Below, piece by piece: positions 57,573-64,000 of a stretch of DNA of 64,000 nucleotides. Position numbers and translations under genes: made by a program. Numbering within the stretch: position 1 is the first letter of the stretch; every line of letters starts with the position of its first letter. The DNA comes from Macrostomum lignano (lineage: Eukaryota), in contig NIVC01001900.1 in assembly GCA_002269645.1 (NCBI GenBank), positions 124,001 to 188,000 of the forward strand, in the 5' to 3' direction. The notes under the pieces are model-generated. The model did not search any database, had not been told where the DNA came from, and saw only the letters and a list, made by a program, of their open reading frames with translations.

Positions 57573-60500
57573 TTAAACCCTATAGTTCACTCTCACCTTG
57601 GCCTCTCGGGGGTGTGGTCGCAGCGCAATTGGAGAGGTCGCGGGTTCGCTCCCTGCAGCTTGTAGGATCGGAGGTGCGGGCTCCCCGACAGGAAAATCAG
57701 GCTCAGTATCCGGCGCTACTCGCTTCAGGTCGGTGCAGTGTCGCCTGCAAACTCTGGCGCCCTGCCGAATGGTCATCGAGTCGCCCTTGACCTTCTCGAC
57801 CAGCCAGGGTGCCCACTCGAACGGAGTCTCGCCCTTGAGCGGATTTAGTCGGCGCCGCAGCACTGTGTCACCGACTTTGAGACCGTGCGGTCTCGCCTGC
57901 CGTTGCTTGTCGGTGTAGCGCTTGCCCTTTGCCTTGCTGCTGGCGTCCTGCTGTCGGAGCCTCCTGTCCACGATGGCCACTGTTCTCGACGGCTTGACTG
58001 ACGGGATGGCGTCGTTTGGGACGCGCCCCATGAAAAGCTCGGCTGGTGCCCGGTTGGTGGTTCGCTGCGGCGTGCAACGGTAGGCCAGCAGCCACTCATC
58101 AAGGGCTGCCCTCCAGTCGCTCTTCTGGGCAATGGCAGCTCGTACAACCTTATTGATGGAGCGGTTCAGGCCCTCGGTGATGCCGTTGGCCTGCGGATGC
58201 AGCGGTGTGATGAGACGCTGCCGGATTCCGTAGCTGTCCAGAAAGACTTTGAACTTGGCCGAGGAGAACGGCGGGCCGTTATCTGTGACCAGTACCTGCG
58301 GGATGCCGAATCTGGCGAACGAATTCCTCAGCTTGGGAATCAGCGCTTCGGTCGTTGTGGTCTGGACGATCTCGACCTCAGGGAAGCGCGAGTAATGGTC
58401 GACGCAGACGAGCAGCATGTTGCCTTGAATGGGGCCCAGCAGGTCTGCCCCTAGCGTTAGCCATGCAGCTTTCGGGATTGGCGTCGGCTTCAGCGGCGCC
58501 GCGGTCGCGTCGGCTTCAGCGGCGCCGCGGTCGCGTCGGCTTCAGCGGCGCCGCGGTCACGTCGGCCGCGTGCGACGTTGCTGCACAGGCTCGGCACGCA
58601 CGCACAAAGAGCTCCGCTTCTGTCTGCATCCTCGGCCACCAGACTTTGGTGTTCAAACGGTCAACCGTCTTGCGCATGCACTGATGACCACGGTGTGCCA
58701 GGTCCAACACCAGGCGCCGAAGCGCCGTTGGAACTACGATCCGCTGGTCCCGCAGGAGCACGCCGTCCGCTGCCGATAGCTCGTCCCGTAGGGCGTGAAG
58801 CGATCGCATCTCCGCCGACTCGAGGCTCCATCGTCCTGTCTCCAGCGATCGAATAGCGGCTTGAATTGTTGCATCTTGCAGCGAACTCTCTTGCACTAAG
58901 GACAGCGACAGAGCGTTCGGTATGGCCGCCTGGACAGTTGCTGCGATGCAGAGGGTGTCGAGCTCCTCGCCGACATTTCTTCCTCGTGTTGGCAGCGGCT
59001 GCTGGCTCAGCACATCCGCTGGGTTTAGTGGGCTGGTATTCGACTGTGAATTTCATGTTCTGAATGCGCAGCGCCATTCTTTCGATCCTCGGGGGAGGCC
59101 TTGAGCGACTGCTGAACAATGCGATGAGCGGCTTGTGGTCCGTCACCACCGTAAATGTCGGGGCGCCGTGGAGGTAGTACTGAAATTTCAAACAGCCGTA
59201 TTTGACTGCCAGCGCCTCCTTCTCAGTCTGGGAGTAGCGCTGCTCGACACCGGACAGCGTCCGGCTGGCGTACGCAACGGGCCGGTTGGTGCCGTCCGCT
59301 TGTGTCTGCGTTAGAATCGCGCCCAGGCCCGCTGGGCCGGCGTCGACGATGAGTTGCGTCGCTAGGCGGTGGTTAAAGGAGGCGAGGGTGCCGCTGGTCG
59401 CAATCAGGGTCTTGACGTCATCAAAAGCTCGTTTCTTGAGGTCGGTCCATGCCCAGGGCTCGCCTTTTCTAGTCAGATTGCGCAGCGGCTTCGCTACGTC
59501 CGCCAGCCCGGGGGTGAATGAGGCCAGATAGTTGACCAGGCCTAGAAACGAGCGCACCTCTGTGACGGTCTTTGGCTCGGCGAATGCGTGGATGGCCTCC
59601 AGCTTGGACTGGGTTAGTCTGACCCCTTCACGAGACAGTCGCATCCCCATGAACGTGACCTCGGTACGGGCGAGCTTGCATTTTAACGGATTTAGCGTCA
59701 GCCCGTGCTGCGCCAGTCGTCGAAGACATGCCTGCAGGTTGCTGTGGTGCTCCGCCACGCTGTGCCCATACACGATGATGTCGTCGTGAATCCATTTTAC
59801 TTTCGGAAGTCCAGCTAGCACGGATGACATGACCGCCTGGAGAATTTCCTGGGCCGTAGACAGTCCCATACAGAGCCGTGTCAGCCGCCGCAGGCCTCGT
59901 GGCGTCGAGAAAGTCAGAAGATGGCGGCATTCGTCGGCGACTGGGATTTGATAAAATGCCTTCGTGATGTCGAGCTCTGAGAATAGCTGCGCCCCTGCCA
60001 TGTCTCCCGTCACCTCCTCGAATGTCGGGATGGGATGCCGCTCTCTAATGACCGACTTGTTCAGGTCTCTCAAGTCTTGCGTAATCCTGATCTCGCCCGG
60101 AGTCTGCTTGGGCACGACGACGATGCGAGCTACCCACTGACAGGGGCCTTCAACCGGCTTTGGTCCTCGAGGCACTGCAGCTCGGCGTCGACTGCCTGTG
60201 CGAGATGTATTGGCACCCTTGATGGGGGATGACAGACCGGCCTGGCTCCCTCTTCCAGGAAGATGCGGGCGAAATAGTTTTTGAGCCTGCCGATTCCGCT
60301 GAAGACTTGTGCGTTCTCCGTCAGGAGTTCGTCCAGGGCCGGTGCCCCTGGCGCATGTAGGACTTCCTTTGGGATCCATGCTAGCATGCTGTCTAGCGAG
60401 ACCTCAGGAGACGGACGCAGCTGGCATGCCACCTTGTTCTCTGGACCGACTCGCAGAATCTGAAGTCTTTCAGCGCTTCTCCGGCCAATGATGCAAGCGC

Positions 60501-61640
60501 CCTCACCGTCGAGCACCAAGAACGGTAGTGTCTCGTGGATCTCGAACACGCTGACTTGCAGGTCTGCCTTGCCCAGCAGTCTCAGTGGCTCTTGGCTTCC
60601 GTACGGGTAGACCTTGTCGCTGGCAGGCTGCAGCGCGGCTTTTTGCGGCATCCTGTCGTAGGCTGCCCTGTCGGTGATGTTGCAGGCCGCGCCGCTGTCG
60701 ATGAGCACATTTGTCTTGAGCCCGTTAATGGCCGCAGGCGTCCAAGCTGAGCCGCAGTTCCGCAGGGGGAATAGCTCGTGCTCTAGGGGGTCGTCCTGCA
60801 GATATTCGACTCGACCCGGCGGAGCGCCCTCCTGCGGTTCGTCAACGGTCCTCAGAGGGACTTTAGCTGCTCCTCGACACGCCCGAGCGAAATGACCCAT
60901 CTTTCCGCAGCGTCGACACGCTTTGTTACGGGCTGCCTCGCACGTCCGATGTCCTGGCCGCCCGCAGCGATCGCAGTTAATGCCGCTGTCTCTTGCCGCG
61001 GCAGCCGGCCTGGGTGAATGCGACGGTCGGTTACGAGGTGGGCGCAGCGCCGCCACATTTGAAGCGGCAGGATGGCCCGTGTCGGCTGCGGTGCCGATCT
61101 CAATGGCCTGGGCCTGCTGCTCCGCTGCCTCCCTCGCTCGGATTCGCTTCATAACGTCGTCCAAGGAGACATCGTTGAGCTGCAGGAGTTCCCTCCTGAT
61201 CCTCTCGGACCGGTAATGAGCCACGATCTTGTCCCTGATGAGCGAGTCTCGGAGTTCGCCGGATGTGCATTGGTCCGCAGCCTTGCGTAGCCGACGGTAC
61301 CAGGCCTCAATTGACTCTCCTTCTTCCTGCCGGCAGATTTCAAATTGGTACCTGAGGAAGACAACGCTGTTCTTTTGGTCGAAGATTCCCTGCAACTCTT
61401 TGATGAGCTCCTCCGCGGACTCTCCTTTCTCCACGCCGTTATCGTCCATAAGTCTTCAACCTTCTCGCCCGCTGTGTAAACTAAGAGTTCGAGCTGCTGT
61501 GTTGCATCTGAGATGCCGGCTGCGCGTATGTAGCTGTTGAACCTTCGCGTCCAGGTTTTCCATCGCTGAGCTCTTGTCAGAGGATCGCCTTCGAGGTCAA
61601 AGACGTCTGGTGCCGCGAGTTGCAGGGCCTGTGCCATATT
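57573..61640 (-). pseudogene. gag-pol: gag-pol of element 2, multiply frameshifted
   Basis: gag (RWKTW..F; CDRC..H..C; CRRCGKMGHFARAC), PR IDSGA, RT WIHDD, RH VDAG...TDHKPL, IN H-H-C-C, D (GADL), D (TDNG), E (ITEGLN); breaks near 61450, 60165, 59030 and 58481-58558. Confidence 0.92.
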
Positions 61641-61690
61641 TGCTGAATCACCGGTCGATATCAGTGTGCGGGGGGTGGGCCTCACTGAGA

Positions 61691-61707
61691 GTTTGCTTGC
61701 GACGCCA
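61691..61707 (-). promoter_or_regulatory. PBS TGGCGTCGCAAGCAAAC of element 2
   Basis: Directly follows the LTR end ...CATTACA; shares TGGCGTCGC.AGCA with the element 1 PBS. Confidence 0.8.
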
Positions 61708-61883
61708 TGTAATGACTCAGACTAGCTATTTAGTTTTGGCGAGAGAAAAACGATGCACTTAACTGAGCCGACTGCTCAATTCAATATATTTATAGGCACG
61801 AGAGTATTGCGTAATATCAATATTACTACGAATTCATCGACCAAGCCAGCTGTACATTATTACCGCGCAGAGCGTACATTACA
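61708..61883 (-). repeat. 5' LTR of element 2 (176 bp)
   Basis: TGTAATG...CATTACA termini; TATAAATA (61794-61787) with an Inr-like TCAGTT (61766-61761) 28 nt downstream. Confidence 0.92.
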
Positions 61884-62423
61884 GAGTGCAGCTTCTTTCT
61901 CCATCGTAGTGCAGACTGGAAGCGGATCATCAAAAGTGCAGCCAGTAGCAGAGCCAGTGCACAGCTTGTGAAGCACTATGAATGTAAAATTGCTGAAAAG
62001 GGCGGCTCTCTGCCCGCTGAGCACCCCAGCTGCTTAAACTGGGGATTGAGAATCAGTAGTGTTCAACGCCTGCACAGGACAGACAGACGGGGAGACAGAA
62101 GCTCCATTGTCCCTTGCGACAGGCTGCTCAGCACCCACTGTGAGCACCTGAGTAGCTTTGAGCTGATTTGAATTTTTTACTTTTTAAGCATTATAACAAA
62201 AACATTTTCCCTAACATCATACAATGAAAAAAAATTTACATGTAGCCTCGTTTGATTGTTTTTACTTTACGTATTATAAAGCATCTATCTGCCATGAAGT
62301 ACAACTTCACAGCCGTTTCCTTGGAAGACAGCACCAATTTAAGCAGATCTAAATGTAATGCTTGATTTTGCCGAAGCACTACCTATTTAATATTTTCAAT
62401 AACAGGAAACTTCCTCACAAGCA

Positions 62424-64000
62424 ATGAGCCGCAGAAGCTCCAGCGACAGCTCGAGTTCGGACACGCCTCCCGCTACCCCAACTCCTCTCTGCATCATCTG
62501 CGACCAAGCTGCAGTCGGTGTGGCTCCGTTCTCCCGCTGCCACATGTGCAGTCAACACCTCAGTGTCGATGTGGCCAATCTATTCAAGCTCAAGGAGGAG
62601 GTCGAAGAGCTGCTGCGTGCCTACTCAAAAGACTCACAAGACTCACAAGAATCACAAGAGTCACAAGGCGAAGCAGGTGCAGCTGGCCGTGCAGCGCTGA
62701 TGCGACACCGACAAGACGCTGAGTCGCTGCGTCGTCTCGCTCTCGACATCCAACAGCAGCTGCAAGAGGTCAATCACAAATTCGATTTGGTACAGCAACA
62801 CATCGACTCGTTTCGTAGCAGGGTGACGGGCCAGCTCTCAGGTGTGCTTGAGGCAGTGCGTGTGTGCGAGCGGGACCTCGAGGACGTCTCCAGCTACAAG
62901 CAGGAGGTGGCCACGGCGGAGGCTGCAGGCGACATGGCGGAGCTGCTTCGCCTGGTCCAGTCCATGCACGAATCGCTTGGAGACTTGGAGGCCGACTTTG
63001 AGAGGTCAGAGCGCCTGCTCAGAGACCAGAGCGACAATGAGGAGCTGCAGGTGCGGCTTCTGGGCCAGCTCGAGCGGCTGGTCGGCATTTGTGCGGGACG
63101 CAGTGAAGAGGGCGACTGGTCGAGAGACGCTGCGGTGACCGCGACGTCCGAGGAGATTGACGCTGCTGAGAGACTTCTGTTCGATCCGATGGTCTTCAGT
63201 CACGAGGTGAAGCTGGATGGCGATGTTAAATGGCTGGCTGTGTGCAGCGACACCAGCGGATTCGTAGGTGACCGCTCAGGCCGTGTGGTTCCCGCCGACT
63301 CAGCGGGAGACGGCAGCGAGGCTCTGCCTCAACCCTGCATCCTGGTATCATACTTTTCCGATAGAGACCATCTACTGGTGCTGTCTGTGGACGGCTCACA
63401 AAAGCTGCGGTGCCACTGCGACATCGACTGGAATAAGGACATTTTTGGCCTTCACTGCGACGGTCAGCTACTGTTCATTGCTCAGCATGACGCAGTGACA
63501 GTGACGGACCTGAGCGGTCGCGCGGTTCGTCGACTCAGCCCACAAATTCGGGGTTTCTGTGGTATCTTGGGAATCGGCGGCAACGCAGCCTTCGTGTTTG
63601 TGTCCAGCGGAAACAAAATTGTTGCATTCAGCAAAGCGACTTGGCAGATGGAGACGGTCATCACGCTGTCTCAGCGTCCTGATGCACGACTGCGCAACCT
63701 GGCGACTCACGACAACTGCATTCTGGTGACGGACTGGAAGCACAATCAGGTGCACAGAGTGCGTATCGACACCCAGCAGCTGGTCGCCTCCTTCCCGACT
63801 CAGCGTTCCAGCCTCCAACAGTCTGCTCATCCAATTGATGTTGCCGTCGACAGCAGAGGCCGCCTGTTCGTGAGTGAATTTTCGGGTCACTCAGTGAGAT
63901 CGGTGGCTGCAGACGACGGGTCGCTGCTATGGACTCTGGGGACTCCGGGCGAGAGCGGCAGCGGAGACGGCAGATTTTGGCATCCATGGGGTCTGGCGGT
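62424..64000 (+). CDS. G7: TRIM-NHL-like paralogue, 3' end beyond the window
   Basis: ATG AGC CGC AGA start after an AACAG acceptor; collinear with G1-G6 and reaches ...FWHPWGLA at the window end. It is absent from the ORF track because no stop is reached. Confidence 0.88.
   Translation, partial: MSRRSSSDSSSSDTPPATPTPLCIICDQAAVGVAPFSRCHMCSQHLSVDVANLFKLKEEVEELLRAYSKDSQDSQESQESQGEAGAAGRAALMRHRQDAESLRRLALDIQQQLQEVNHKFDLVQQHIDSFRSRVTGQLSGVLEAVRVCERDLEDVSSYKQEVATAEAAGDMAELLRLVQSMHESLGDLEADFERSERLLRDQSDNEELQVRLLGQLERLVGICAGRSEEGDWSRDAAVTATSEEIDAAERLLFDPMVFSHEVKLDGDVKWLAVCSDTSGFVGDRSGRVVPADSAGDGSEALPQPCILVSYFSDRDHLLVLSVDGSQKLRCHCDIDWNKDIFGLHCDGQLLFIAQHDAVTVTDLSGRAVRRLSPQIRGFCGILGIGGNAAFVFVSSGNKIVAFSKATWQMETVITLSQRPDARLRNLATHDNCILVTDWKHNQVHRVRIDTQQLVASFPTQRSSLQQSAHPIDVAVDSRGRLFVSEFSGHSVRSVAADDGSLLWTLGTPGESGSGDGRFWHPWGLA

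Larger units (their letters stand above)
57386..61883 (-). mobile_element. Ty3/Gypsy (Mag-like) retroelement 2 with inverted terminal repeats
   Basis: TSD GAGTG at 57381-57385 and 61884-61888; complete 5' LTR 61708-61883; PBS; gag-PR-RT-RH-IN; left end is an inverted copy of the outer 130 bp of the LTR. Confidence 0.93.

Noticed and set aside
61440-61470. Programmed ribosomal frameshift in gag of element 2
   Set aside because: No slippery heptamer, it lies mid-capsid, and the element has several other lesions; more likely mutation or sequencing error.
951-64000. Diversity-generating retroelement (variable C-terminal domains near RTs)
   Set aside because: Changes are not adenine-specific, there is no invariant template repeat, and every RT belongs to an ordinary retrotransposon with its own termini.

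Overview
Eukaryotic (metazoan-type) genomic DNA; the organism cannot be fixed from sequence alone. The backbone is a head-to-tail array of seven paralogous genes (G1-G7, all + strand, single coding exon) encoding a RING-less TRIM-like protein: degenerate B-box-like Cys/His motif, coiled coil and six-bladed NHL beta-propeller. G1, G2, G4 and G6 are intact, G3 and G5 are disabled, and G7 runs off the window end. The N-terminal halves are nearly identical, while the propellers vary at recurrent loop positions (predicted top, ligand-binding face) and appear to be mosaics of shared variants. The spacers are built from reshuffled duplicated blocks, many minisatellites and several retroelement classes: a canonical Mag-like Ty3/Gypsy element, an apparently intact tyrosine-recombinase (DIRS/Ngaro-type) element, a LOA/R1-group LINE inside G5, two decayed RTE copies carrying a nested LINE fragment, a CORE-type SINE and Gypsy remnants. 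The most unusual object is a second Ty3/Gypsy element (57386-61883). It has a 5-bp target-site duplication, but its 3' end is an INVERTED copy of the U3-R part of its 5' LTR instead of a direct LTR, and it has no polypurine tract.
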